This document shows, piece after piece, positions 47,151 through 59,034 of a stretch of 64,000 bases of DNA. Position numbers and translations under genes: made by a program. Position 1 is the first letter of the stretch. Each line of letters opens with the position of its first letter. Source of the stretch: Alphaproteobacteria bacterium (GTDB lineage Bacteria > Pseudomonadota > Alphaproteobacteria > SP197); contig OZ219918.1 of the NCBI GenBank assembly GCA_964291415.2, positions 448,001 to 512,000 on the forward strand, written 5' to 3'. The notes under the pieces are model-generated. The model was given only the letters and a program-made list of their open reading frames with translations. It had not been told where the DNA came from and did no database searches.

Positions 47151-47627
47151 ATGACTGTCCAGCTCGATGGCGTCGATCGGAACATTCTTGCAGCGATGCA
47201 GGAGGACGCTTCGCGCTCCCTCGACGACATCGCGGAGAGAGCCGGCGCGTCGCGGACGTCGGTATGGCACAGGATACGAAAGCTCCGCGCAGCCGGGATC
47301 ATTCGGCAGAACACGGTTCTCCTCGACCCCGACAAGCTGGGGCTGGAGGCGTGCTTTTTCGTGCTCATCCGAACCTCCGAACATCAAAAGGACTGGCAGG
47401 AGCGGTTTCTGGAGACGCTGAAGGGGCGCCCGGAGGTACTGGAGGCCCACCGCCTGGCGGGTGATGTCGACTACATCCTGAAAGTCCGCGTGAGAAACGC
47501 CCGGGCCTATGACGATTTCTACCAGGCGCTCATTTCCCAGGTGAAGGTCTTCAACATCACGTCCCTTCTGTCCATGGAGGAGATCAAGTCGACGACCGAG
47601 TTGCCTCTCCGTGGGCAGGACGATTGA
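47151..47627 (+). CDS. Lrp/AsnC family regulator (DecR-like)
   Basis: LDGVDRNIL HTH, HRLAGDVDYILKV, MEEIKSTTELP; divergent from cysG. Confidence 0.9.
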   Translation: MTVQLDGVDRNILAAMQEDASRSLDDIAERAGASRTSVWHRIRKLRAAGIIRQNTVLLDPDKLGLEACFFVLIRTSEHQKDWQERFLETLKGRPEVLEAHRLAGDVDYILKVRVRNARAYDDFYQALISQVKVFNITSLLSMEEIKSTTELPLRGQDD

Positions 47628-47852
47628 GGACGAACCCCGGTTTGTGCATGGCCGGGCCGCGGATCATCGCCTGCCCTGGCGCCGGTTGTCCCGACGGGTT
47701 CGGCGACGATGTCGAGATGCCGGCGGAGGCTGCCGCGCAGCCCGGCAGGCAAGTGGATCGAAAGGACCCTCTTCGTTCCGGTTGCCCTGATACGGCAATC
47801 CTTCCACCATGGACGGATGGATCGGGACACACCGTCAGCAAAGGCAAGACCC

Positions 47853-49226
47853 ATGATGTACAAGTCCCCGCCGTCGAAGGCACCATCCGCGAACCGTCCT
47901 GGCCTGCCTGACATCGGCCGTCGCTCGTTCCTTGCCGGTCTTGGCGCGACGATGGTCGCGCCTCGCCTTGCATACGCCCAGTTTCCATCCAATCCCGATG
48001 TGATCGTAATCGGAGCGGGAACCGCGGGACTGGCAGCGACCCAGGTGCTCATGGACCATGGCCTCGAGGCCCTGCTCATCGAGGCTTCCGGCAGGATTGG
48101 CGGACGCGCCTACACCGAGACGACGACCTTCGGCGTGCCTTACGACCACGGTGCGCACTGGCTCCATGTTGCTGCAAGCAACCCATTCGTGGCCTACGGT
48201 CGCAAGCATGGCTTCGACGTCTACCCGGCCTCGGACACCTACCGTGTGTTCGACGACGGTCGTGAACTGGACGACCAGGAGCAGGACACGCTCTGGAATG
48301 CCTGGGGCGAGCTCTACCGAGCCATCGGCGCCGAGGGCGAAAGAGGCAACGATATCTCCGCCGCCGAGGCTGCGGCCGGAATCGAGGGTCCCTGGTCGGC
48401 GACGGCGGCTTTCGGCATCGGACCCTGGAGCATGGGCAAGGATCTCGAGGACTTCTCCGTCGTCGACTGGTGGAGCGGCGCCGACGGAGCGGACTGGTTC
48501 TGCCGCGAGGGATTTGGCGCCCTGATAGCCCACTGGGCCGGTAACGTTCCGGTGTCGCTCAACACCAGGGCCACACGCATCGACTGGAGCGCGGATGGGG
48601 TCATCGTCGAGACGGACCAGGGCTTGATTCGCGCCCGCGCCGTCATCGTTACGGTATCGACCGGTGTCCTGGCGTCCGGCGCCATCAATTTTTCTCCGGT
48701 GCTTCCGGCGCCCAAGACGGAGTCCTTCGAGAGGGTCTCCATGGGGCTCTACAACCATATCGCGCTGCAGTTTTCCGAGGATGTCTTCGGCATGGGTCCC
48801 GACGGCTATCTCGTGTTCCGCGTGGACGATGACCGCAGGGGCTTCGGTGTGCTCACGAACGCCGGCGGGCACGGACTTGCCTACTGCGATGTCGGTGGCA
48901 GCTGGGCCCGTGATCTTGAACGGGAATCGCCGCAAGCCCGCATCGACTACGCCATGGGCGAACTGCGCGGCATGCTGGGAACCGGTATCGACAACCACTT
49001 CGTGAAGGGAGCGGTCACATCATGGGGCCGGAACCCGCTGACCCTGGGCTCCTACGCCTCGGCCGAACCAGGGGCTCATGCCCTGAGGTCCGTGTTGCGG
49101 CAACCGGTGGGCGAGCGGATCTTCTTCGCGGGCGAGGCCTGCCACCGGTCCCTGTGGGCGACGGCCGCGGGCGCGCGACTCTCGGGCGAGGAGGTCGCCC
49201 GCGATGTGGCCCGCAACCTCAACTAG
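47853..49226 (+). CDS. Tat-exported flavin monoamine oxidase family protein
   Basis: RRSFLAG Tat signal, IGAGTAG, EASGRIGGR, GAHW, FAGEA. Confidence 0.88.
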   Translation: MMYKSPPSKAPSANRPGLPDIGRRSFLAGLGATMVAPRLAYAQFPSNPDVIVIGAGTAGLAATQVLMDHGLEALLIEASGRIGGRAYTETTTFGVPYDHGAHWLHVAASNPFVAYGRKHGFDVYPASDTYRVFDDGRELDDQEQDTLWNAWGELYRAIGAEGERGNDISAAEAAAGIEGPWSATAAFGIGPWSMGKDLEDFSVVDWWSGADGADWFCREGFGALIAHWAGNVPVSLNTRATRIDWSADGVIVETDQGLIRARAVIVTVSTGVLASGAINFSPVLPAPKTESFERVSMGLYNHIALQFSEDVFGMGPDGYLVFRVDDDRRGFGVLTNAGGHGLAYCDVGGSWARDLERESPQARIDYAMGELRGMLGTGIDNHFVKGAVTSWGRNPLTLGSYASAEPGAHALRSVLRQPVGERIFFAGEACHRSLWATAAGARLSGEEVARDVARNLN

Positions 49227-49417
49227 ACATCATGGATCGACCTGCTCTCGTTGATGTCGCTCGGCACTCTCGCAATCCTCACCCACGATCCTCGAGGCCG
49301 GGTCGGTCCAGGCTTGCTGCCCGGGATTGCACGGCATTTTCCTGTCCGGCAGGGAAGGTAGCCCTGGTCGCGTTCCGGTGATTGCCTTGCCGGCCCTGGC
49401 ACAGTAATCCTTCCGTC

Positions 49418-49843
49418 ATGGGCGGATGGATCGAGACGCACCGTTCGATGGTGACGGCATGGGACTGTGACCACCAGGGCCACATGAATGCCGTCCAGTA
49501 TTATGCCAAGTTCGACATGGCGGGCTGGCACATGATCCAGCGCTCGGGCGTCACGCGGGAAAGGCTGGAGGCGGACAACCTGGGATTTGTCGATGTCCGC
49601 GTGGAGATCGACTTCGTGGGCGAAATGGTCGTCAACGATCCCCTGGTCATCGAGTCGGGTGTCGAGAAACTGGGCAACTCCTCGCTCACCTTCCGTTCGA
49701 CGATGCGCCATGCCACGACCGGTGCGGTGACGGCGCGCTTGCGGTGCACGACACTGTGCTTCGATCTCGCGGAACGGGTCAAGAAGACCATTCCCGACGA
49801 TATTCGCGCCCATCTCGAACCTCTGGTCATCGGGGATGACTGA
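49418..49843 (+). CDS. acyl-CoA thioesterase (hotdog fold)
   Basis: DCDHQGHMN, LGNSS. Confidence 0.85.
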   Translation: MGGWIETHRSMVTAWDCDHQGHMNAVQYYAKFDMAGWHMIQRSGVTRERLEADNLGFVDVRVEIDFVGEMVVNDPLVIESGVEKLGNSSLTFRSTMRHATTGAVTARLRCTTLCFDLAERVKKTIPDDIRAHLEPLVIGDD

Positions 49844-51317
49844 TACCAGGCGCCTCGCCACGGTGCTGGCCGCCTGCTGCGCTCTCGTCCTGACGGCGGC
49901 GGGGTGCACGAACAATCCCGCCACCGGTGGATCGATGTTCTCGCTGGTCAGCGAAAACGAGGAACGGGCGATCGGCGCCGAACACCACCCGGAGATCCTC
50001 AACGAGTACGGTCTCTACGAGGAATTTCCCCGGATCAACGCCTATGTGGCCATGGTGTCCGCCCGGATGCTGGCGGCATCGGACATCTCCTCCCAGGTGC
50101 TCACGGTGACGGTTCTCGATTCAGATGTGGTCAACGCCTTCGCCCTGCCGGGTGGCTACATCTACGTGACACGCGGGCTTCTGGCACTCGCCAACAACGA
50201 GGCCGAGCTTGCCGGCGTGATCGGTCACGAGATCGGCCATGTCGCCGCCCGCCATACGGCGCAGCGTCTCACCTGGGCCCGGGTTGCCGGTGTCGCCGTC
50301 ACGGTGGTCGATGCATCGACCTCCCATCTCGGCTACGGCGGGCTGGCCACCGACCTCAGCGGGTTGGCCGCCCGTGGGGTCATCGCCGGTTTCAGCCGCG
50401 AGCAGGAGATTGAATCCGACACTCTCGGGGTCCGCTACCTTGCCCGTGCCGGTTACGATCCATACGCCATGGCAACCTTTCTCGGACATCTGGAGCGGCA
50501 CTCGGAACTGCGAGACGCGCTATCGCCTCTCGATCGCGATCCGTCGTTGCTGACGCGCTGGTTTGCGACCCATCCCCGGACAGCCGACCGTGTTGTCCTT
50601 GCCGCGCGCGAGGCCCGGTCCGAGGCCGACACGCGCAGCCTCGACCGGGACCCCTATCTGCGGATGATCGACGGCATCGCCTACGGCGAGCGGGCGGACG
50701 AGGGACGCATCCTCGAACGCCGCTTCGTGCATCCGACATGGCGATTTGCCTTCGATGTACCGGAAGGTCTGGCGATGTTCCGGGTGAACGGCCAGGTGCG
50801 TGCCTACGACGATGCCGGCGCCCTTGTCGCGTTCGATGGCGTCGAGGAGATCCACCGCGGCGCGACATCCCACCTCCTCGGGTGGGCGGACGAACTTCGC
50901 GTGAGGATCGACGACCCCGTGGCCTTCGAAGTCGCGGGGTTCCAGGCAGCCGGAGGACGTTTCCGCGCTTCCTCCGATGGCACTGTCAGGCACTACCGGA
51001 TCGTGGCGATCGCCCTCAACCCGGGCCGGGTAGCCAGGTTCCTGTTTGCCGTGCCGGCGGGCGGGGCCGGCGACGTTGACGATCTGGCAGAGCAGACGCT
51101 GGCGAGTTTCAGGCGGTTGTCGGCGGATGAGGCTGATGCGACCGGCCCGTTGCGTGTCAGGGTCGTCGAGGTCGCTCCGGGTGACAGCATCGATTCACTG
51201 AGCCGGATGATGGCGTTCGAGGACCACCGCCGGGAACGGTTCATGGCCCTCAACGGATTCGACGAGGACGCCGACCTTGCTCCCGGCATGCTGGTCAAGG
51301 TGGTCCGTCTCGAGTGA
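49836..51317 (+). CDS. M48 family Zn metalloprotease lipoprotein
   Basis: Lipobox AAGC, VNAFALPGG, GHEIGH, FSREQE, THP; LysM-like C-terminus. Confidence 0.9.
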   Translation: MTDTRRLATVLAACCALVLTAAGCTNNPATGGSMFSLVSENEERAIGAEHHPEILNEYGLYEEFPRINAYVAMVSARMLAASDISSQVLTVTVLDSDVVNAFALPGGYIYVTRGLLALANNEAELAGVIGHEIGHVAARHTAQRLTWARVAGVAVTVVDASTSHLGYGGLATDLSGLAARGVIAGFSREQEIESDTLGVRYLARAGYDPYAMATFLGHLERHSELRDALSPLDRDPSLLTRWFATHPRTADRVVLAAREARSEADTRSLDRDPYLRMIDGIAYGERADEGRILERRFVHPTWRFAFDVPEGLAMFRVNGQVRAYDDAGALVAFDGVEEIHRGATSHLLGWADELRVRIDDPVAFEVAGFQAAGGRFRASSDGTVRHYRIVAIALNPGRVARFLFAVPAGGAGDVDDLAEQTLASFRRLSADEADATGPLRVRVVEVAPGDSIDSLSRMMAFEDHRRERFMALNGFDEDADLAPGMLVKVVRLE

Positions 51318-52554
51318 CCGGCCCGGCCCGGTCGAGCATGGCATGGAGCAGGACGTTGCACCCCGCCGCGAGATCACCGGGTGTGGCATGTTCGATCTCA
51401 TTGTGACTGATGCCCCCCTCGCAGGGAACAAAGATCATGGCCGTTGGCGCCACCCGGCTGACGTAGACGGAATCGTGACCGGCGCCCGATACCATGTCCA
51501 TGTGATCGCAGCCTGCCAGCACCGCAGCGCGGCGTACCGCATCGACACACCCTGCATCGAATGCGACGGGAGGTGACGACCAGATCTTCTCCACCTCGAT
51601 CGTGACACCGGTGGCCGATGCCGTGCGTGCCGCGATCTCGCGGAGGGTTCTTGCCATCCGTTCGTAGGCCACCTTGTCGGGATGCCTGAGATCGACGGTC
51701 AGAGCCACCTCTCCGGCGATGGTGTTACGGGTGCCGGACGGCATGCAGCTCTCGATCTTGCACGTGGCGCGGCCGTGAGGCGCTTCGACAAGGGCAAGGC
51801 CATTGATCTCCCCGATCAGTGCGGCCGCCGCAACGACGGCGTCGCGGCGCATCTCCATCGGAGTGGGCCCTGCATGGGCTTCCATGCCGGCAAGGCGAAC
51901 GTCGAACCAGTGCAGTCCCTGGACACCCGTCACGACACCGACGGTCTTGCCCGTTGCCTCGAGGATGGGTCCCTGTTCGATGTGGGCCTCGAAATGGCCC
52001 CCCAGCTGATGACTGCCTGGTTCCTCGTCCCCGAGGTAGCCGATGCGTTCGAGTTCCCCGCCAAGGGTCTTGCCGTCGGCATCGGTTCGCGAATGCCCGT
52101 ATTCGAGGCTGAACTCCCCGGAGAACACGGCCGAACCGATCATCGCAGGAGCAAACCGTGCTCCTTCCTCGTTGGTCCAGCAAATCACCTCGATGGGCGC
52201 CTCCGTCTCGATCTCGGCATCGTTGAGCGTGCGTACGACCTCGAGTCCGGCGAGTACGCCATAGACTCCGTCGAACTTGCCGCCGGTGGGCTGGGTATCG
52301 AGATGGCTTCCGGTGGAGACGGCAAGGGCCTGCGGGTTCGTGCCCGGGCGTCGGGCAAAGATGTTCCCCATGCGGTCGACGCGGCATGTCATGCCGGCCG
52401 CCTCGCACCAGCGAACAAAGAGATCGCGCCCTTCGCGGTCGTCGTCGGTCAGCGCGAGACGGCAGTTGCCGCCCTTCGGGGTGGCCGCGATCCGGGCCAT
52501 TTCCATGATGGCGTCCCACAGGCGTTCGCCGTCGATTCTCAGATTGCCGGTCAT
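51295..52554 (-). CDS. Zn-dependent N-carbamoyl-amino acid amidohydrolase (beta-ureidopropionase/allantoate amidohydrolase family)
   Basis: GSHLDTQPTGGKFDG, WTNEEGARF, EAHIEQGP, HAG, SGAGHD, ISHNE. Confidence 0.92.
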   Translation of the reverse strand: MTGNLRIDGERLWDAIMEMARIAATPKGGNCRLALTDDDREGRDLFVRWCEAAGMTCRVDRMGNIFARRPGTNPQALAVSTGSHLDTQPTGGKFDGVYGVLAGLEVVRTLNDAEIETEAPIEVICWTNEEGARFAPAMIGSAVFSGEFSLEYGHSRTDADGKTLGGELERIGYLGDEEPGSHQLGGHFEAHIEQGPILEATGKTVGVVTGVQGLHWFDVRLAGMEAHAGPTPMEMRRDAVVAAAALIGEINGLALVEAPHGRATCKIESCMPSGTRNTIAGEVALTVDLRHPDKVAYERMARTLREIAARTASATGVTIEVEKIWSSPPVAFDAGCVDAVRRAAVLAGCDHMDMVSGAGHDSVYVSRVAPTAMIFVPCEGGISHNEIEHATPGDLAAGCNVLLHAMLDRAGPVTRDGPP

Positions 52555-52572
52555 GTTCCTTGTCTTTGCCGG

Positions 52573-53400
52573 TTACATGATGATTTGGTCAACGAGGTGC
52601 GCCTTGTGGTCGAAACAGCCGGCCACCAGCCTTCGTTGCCTTCCACCATCGAGCGATGCCCGGTAGGCGCCGATGTCGACGCCACGCTGGTCGGGATCGA
52701 AGCCGCGGACCACGTAACGGATGTTGCCGTAGGGCTTGCTCAAGGCATGAAATCCTCCCGGATTCCACCAGAAGGCATCGGACTGGATCTCGAGAGGCCG
52801 CCCGGGATCGAGTCCGGCGTGCACGAACAACAACGTACGGTCGGCGGTCAGGCAGGCCCGCTTGAGATGACTCATCAGCGCGCTATGCCCAGGACGGCGG
52901 TGCATGGCTTCCCTCAGCCGGGTGGTCCAGGTCATCAGGGCCTGGGTTCCGCGGCCGGCAGCCTGCAACCCCTGGTCGGCCGAGTGCCCGTAGGATTCGA
53001 TGGCGTCCGAAATCCCATGGTCCAGCATCCAGGCCAGCACGCCGGCAGCGTCGACCGCCAGGTGAAGTTGCTGGAGCCTGTGCCACATCTCTTCCTGACT
53101 GCCGCGGAGAAACACGATGTCCCCGGGCGCCATGCCGCGCATGGCGAGAATTGCCCGGCGAAAGGCGATCAGTTCGTCAAGCGTACCGGCGGGATCCTCG
53201 CCATCTCCAAGGTAGTTGCCAAGGTAGACGAGACGATCGCCAAAACGGAACCGATCGACGAGGACGTCATGCAGGGCAATGAGGTTCTTGCGCCGGCCGT
53301 TGATCGACGCGACGGCCCAGATACGCCGCCAGCTTCCGAAGACGGCGAACCGGTCGGGGTCAAGTGCAGATGTCGCCTCTCTCTCCCGTGGCGTGATCAT
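52573..53400 (-). CDS. PPP/metallophosphoesterase-fold protein with degenerate catalytic motifs
   Basis: WAVASING, LGNYLG, LRGSQE, FVHAGLDP, VRG align to GDIHG, GDYxDRG, RGNHE, HAG, HGH. Confidence 0.75.
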   Translation of the reverse strand: MITPREREATSALDPDRFAVFGSWRRIWAVASINGRRKNLIALHDVLVDRFRFGDRLVYLGNYLGDGEDPAGTLDELIAFRRAILAMRGMAPGDIVFLRGSQEEMWHRLQQLHLAVDAAGVLAWMLDHGISDAIESYGHSADQGLQAAGRGTQALMTWTTRLREAMHRRPGHSALMSHLKRACLTADRTLLFVHAGLDPGRPLEIQSDAFWWNPGGFHALSKPYGNIRYVVRGFDPDQRGVDIGAYRASLDGGRQRRLVAGCFDHKAHLVDQIIM

Positions 53401-53445
53401 GAGATCCTCCGATGAGGACCGAAAGCACACAAGGAGTAGTAGTAG

Positions 53446-53946
53446 TCAGGCGGCCCGCAGGGATTTCTCGATCTTGCCTTCCGCCTGATCCTGCTTGACA
53501 CCCTCGACAGCCGCCAACTCGCGCGACAGTCGATCAAGCGCGGCTTCGTAGAGTTGCCGTTCGCTGTAGGATTGCTCGGGCTCGCCAACCCTGACGTGAA
53601 GGTCGCGTACGACCTCGGCGATGGAGACAGGGTCACCGGAGTTGATCTTGGCCTCGTACTCCTGGGCACGTCTGCTCCACATGGATCGCTGTTTGCGGGC
53701 CCGCCCTTTCAGGGTGGTGAGCGCGCTCTTCATGATATCCTTTGACGAGAGCTTGCGCATGCCGGAAGAGGAGAGCTTGGCCAAGGGAACGTGCAGGATC
53801 ATCTTGTCCTGTTCGAAGTTGACGACCACCATTTCGAGGCAGGCCCCGCCGATCGTCTGGGTTTCCACCTTTTCGACCTTGCCAAGACCATGTGTCGGAT
53901 ACACAACGTGATCACCGGGTTTGAGATTGAGCTGTTCACTTGTCAT
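53446..53946 (-). CDS. carD: CarD/CdnL family transcription regulator
   Basis: VVYPTHGLG, MWSRRAQEYEAKINSG, QSYSERQLYE. Confidence 0.95.
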   Translation of the reverse strand: MTSEQLNLKPGDHVVYPTHGLGKVEKVETQTIGGACLEMVVVNFEQDKMILHVPLAKLSSSGMRKLSSKDIMKSALTTLKGRARKQRSMWSRRAQEYEAKINSGDPVSIAEVVRDLHVRVGEPEQSYSERQLYEAALDRLSRELAAVEGVKQDQAEGKIEKSLRAA

Positions 53947-54290
53947 TGTCGGATAACCTGCTGACCCTTTCTTCTTCCTTGATCATTGCCCCGGGCACCG
54001 CGCACGACATCACGGCGCCGACACCGCACTCTGTCATCAGTGATCCCGACTGCCGGGACGACACCAAGGCCTTGCCACCGGTCCCGGGGTGAGGGAGCCG
54101 CGAATCTAGCAGAAAGACAGCCTGAAGGGAAGTCCCCGCTTGCGATATGGCTCCCATGCCGCCGGACTCGAAGGGGCGCCCGCGTGGTCTGAGGACCACC
54201 TGTCGGACCACGGGAAAAGTCGTGCTCGGGTGCCGGCGCCCATCGGGCGTGCCGGGCTGGCGGCAGGAGTGAGCAGGTGACGACGGATGC

Positions 54291-54623
54291 TCAACCGTCA
54301 CCCGGATTGGGGCTGAAATACTTCTTCTTGTCCTTCACGTCGCGCCATTCGTCGGAATCGGCAGGGTGATCCTTCTGGCGGGTGATGTTGGGCCAGACTT
54401 CCGCATACTCCCTGTTGACCTCCAGCCACTCCTCGAGGCCGGGGTCGGTGTCGGGCTTGATCGCATCCACCGGGCATTCGGGCTCGCACACCCCGCAATC
54501 GATGCATTCGTCCGGGTGGATCACCAGCATGTTCTCACCTTCGTAGAAGCAGTCCACGGGGCAGACCTCGACGCAGTCGGTCAGCTTGCACCGTATGCAG
54601 GACTCAACAACGATGTAGGTCAT
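54291..54623 (-). CDS. fdxA: 7Fe ferredoxin
   Basis: [39 protein letters not shown]. Confidence 0.95.
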   Translation of the reverse strand: MTYIVVESCIRCKLTDCVEVCPVDCFYEGENMLVIHPDECIDCGVCEPECPVDAIKPDTDPGLEEWLEVNREYAEVWPNITRQKDHPADSDEWRDVKDKKKYFSPNPGDG

Positions 54624-54700
54624 GAAGATCTCCACGCCCTGGACTGACAAGAAGGTGATGGTCGGGTCGTCAAGGTTATCTGGGACTTCCACGTCGACCG

Positions 54701-55180
54701 TCAAGTGGGAGGAGTAGACTCCAATCGTGCCAGGCATGCCTGGGCGCGACGCCGTGCCAGCGCCCGGTCGCCGTCATCGATGTGCAGCAGGCCGGCGATT
54801 CTGCGCACCAGCGAATCCTCGTAGGCATGGAGTTCACCGTCGGCGAGAACCACCTGCCACAGCCGCTGCATCATGCTCAACCGCTCCGCGGCATCGAACT
54901 CTGCCTTGAGAACCCTCGTGAACCGGTGCCAGCACACCGCATCGCCAGCGATCCGTGTGGCCTCGTCGACAAGGACCTGCACTTCACCGGTGTCGAGATC
55001 GAAGTGATCTTCGAGCACGTCGTGAATGTGCTGCATCTCGCGGTCATCGACGTGGCCGTCGACCAATGCCGCCTCGACGAGGATGCAGGCCGATGCCATG
55101 CGCAACTCGTCCTCGGGTGACGGCGTCGGGGACGTGTCGGACGCACCCATGTCAAGGAGTTTTCTGATCCGGGCGAACAT
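54701..55180 (-). CDS. TerB family protein
   Basis: EAALVDG....[21 protein letters not shown]. Confidence 0.85.
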   Translation of the reverse strand: MFARIRKLLDMGASDTSPTPSPEDELRMASACILVEAALVDGHVDDREMQHIHDVLEDHFDLDTGEVQVLVDEATRIAGDAVCWHRFTRVLKAEFDAAERLSMMQRLWQVVLADGELHAYEDSLVRRIAGLLHIDDGDRALARRRAQACLARLESTPPT

Positions 55181-55217
55181 CTTAAGGATGCGTCATGGCA
55201 GAAAGACTCCGCCGCGG

Positions 55218-55495
55218 TCAAGTTGGACAATCGGGCGGCGTCAGGTCCTCGTAGAGTTCCGCTGCCTCCCGGGCGGGCCCCCGCCGGGTCGAGATGGCGA
55301 TCACCCGGATGACACGCACGCGGCGATTCTGCGGGAAAGTGAGGATGTCACCCGGATGAAGTGTGCCGTGGGACTTGGTGACCCGCCGCCGGTTGAGCCG
55401 CAAGCGGCCGCTCGCCACGAGTTGTGTCGCCATGGACCTGGTCTTGAAGAACCGGGCATGCCACAGCCACCTGTCGATGCGCATGGCGACGGTGT

Positions 55496-55499
<4 letters not shown>
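55218..55499 (-). CDS. S4-domain RNA-binding protein (Hsp15/HslR-like)
   Basis: RIDRWLWHARFFKTRS, RRGPA.EA..LY. Confidence 0.9.
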
Positions 55500-57967
<2,468 letters not shown>

Positions 57968-58224
57968 GGCGGCACCTTCACCGTGAAGCGGATCAGTTGC
58001 AAGGAGTCTCTCGGCCCTTGCCGCACCATGCGCCCGCGTCTATGTCAACGGTGCTGCGTCTCTGCAGGGGAATGGGCCATGAATCTCCGTACCGACTTCA
58101 CAGGCAGGGGCCAGCTGGCGGCACCGGATGGCGCCATGACCCGCCATCAGGAAGCGGGTGCTGCCCACGGATGCACCGGGCCCGGTCGGGTGCTATCGTG
58201 AGGCGGGCAGGCAAAGGGATGTGC

Positions 58225-58983
58225 ATGGTTGCGGCAAGGGGGATTCTGGCTCTCGTCATCATGGCGACTCTGGCTGCCTGCGGCACGGATGACCCGGACA
58301 CCTACGTGGAGAGACCGGTCGAGGAGATCTACAACAATGCGGTCAACCTGCTCGAGGCGGGAGAACGCGGCCTCGCGGTGGCCGAATTCGAGGAAGTCGA
58401 GCGCCAGCATCCCTATTCGCAATGGGCGAAGCATGCCCAGGTCATGTCCGCGTATGCCAGTTATCTGCAAGGCGATTTCGACGCGGCAGTTGCCTCCGCT
58501 TCTCGATTCATCGAATCCCATCCGGGCAACGAGAACGCGGTCTACGCCTATTATCTCATTGCCCAGAGCTACTACGAACGCATTTCGGACGTGGAACGCG
58601 ACCAGCGCATGGCCGAAAAGTCGCGGGATGCCTTTCTCGAACTGCTGCGGCTCTTCCCGGATTCGCCATACAGCCGCGATGCCACTCTCAAGCTGGAATT
58701 GACCCTCGACCACCTCGCCGGCAAGGAGATGGACATCGGCCGCTGGTACCAGCGTCGCGGCGCCTACATCGCGTCTGTCAATCGGTTCAGCACGGTCATC
58801 GATAACTACCAGACGACATCCCATGTCCCCGAGGCGCTGTTCCGCCTCGTGGAGACATACCTGGCGCTCGGACTCGTTCTCCAGGCGCGTGAATCAGCGG
58901 CGGTTCTTGCTCACAACTATCCCGGCAGCATCTGGTACGAGGATGCCTGGTCATTGCTGGCCCAGCACCAGTTGCTTCCCTGA
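58225..58983 (+). CDS. bamD: outer membrane assembly lipoprotein BamD
   Basis: Lipobox LAAC, VERQHPYS.W, RDQ, DHLAGKEM.IGR.Y, EAL.RLVE. Confidence 0.93.
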   Translation: MVAARGILALVIMATLAACGTDDPDTYVERPVEEIYNNAVNLLEAGERGLAVAEFEEVERQHPYSQWAKHAQVMSAYASYLQGDFDAAVASASRFIESHPGNENAVYAYYLIAQSYYERISDVERDQRMAEKSRDAFLELLRLFPDSPYSRDATLKLELTLDHLAGKEMDIGRWYQRRGAYIASVNRFSTVIDNYQTTSHVPEALFRLVETYLALGLVLQARESAAVLAHNYPGSIWYEDAWSLLAQHQLLP

Positions 58984-59034
58984 GGCGGTGATGCCCGGCC
59001 CCGCACAGATGCATGAGGTGATCCGGCCATCGTC

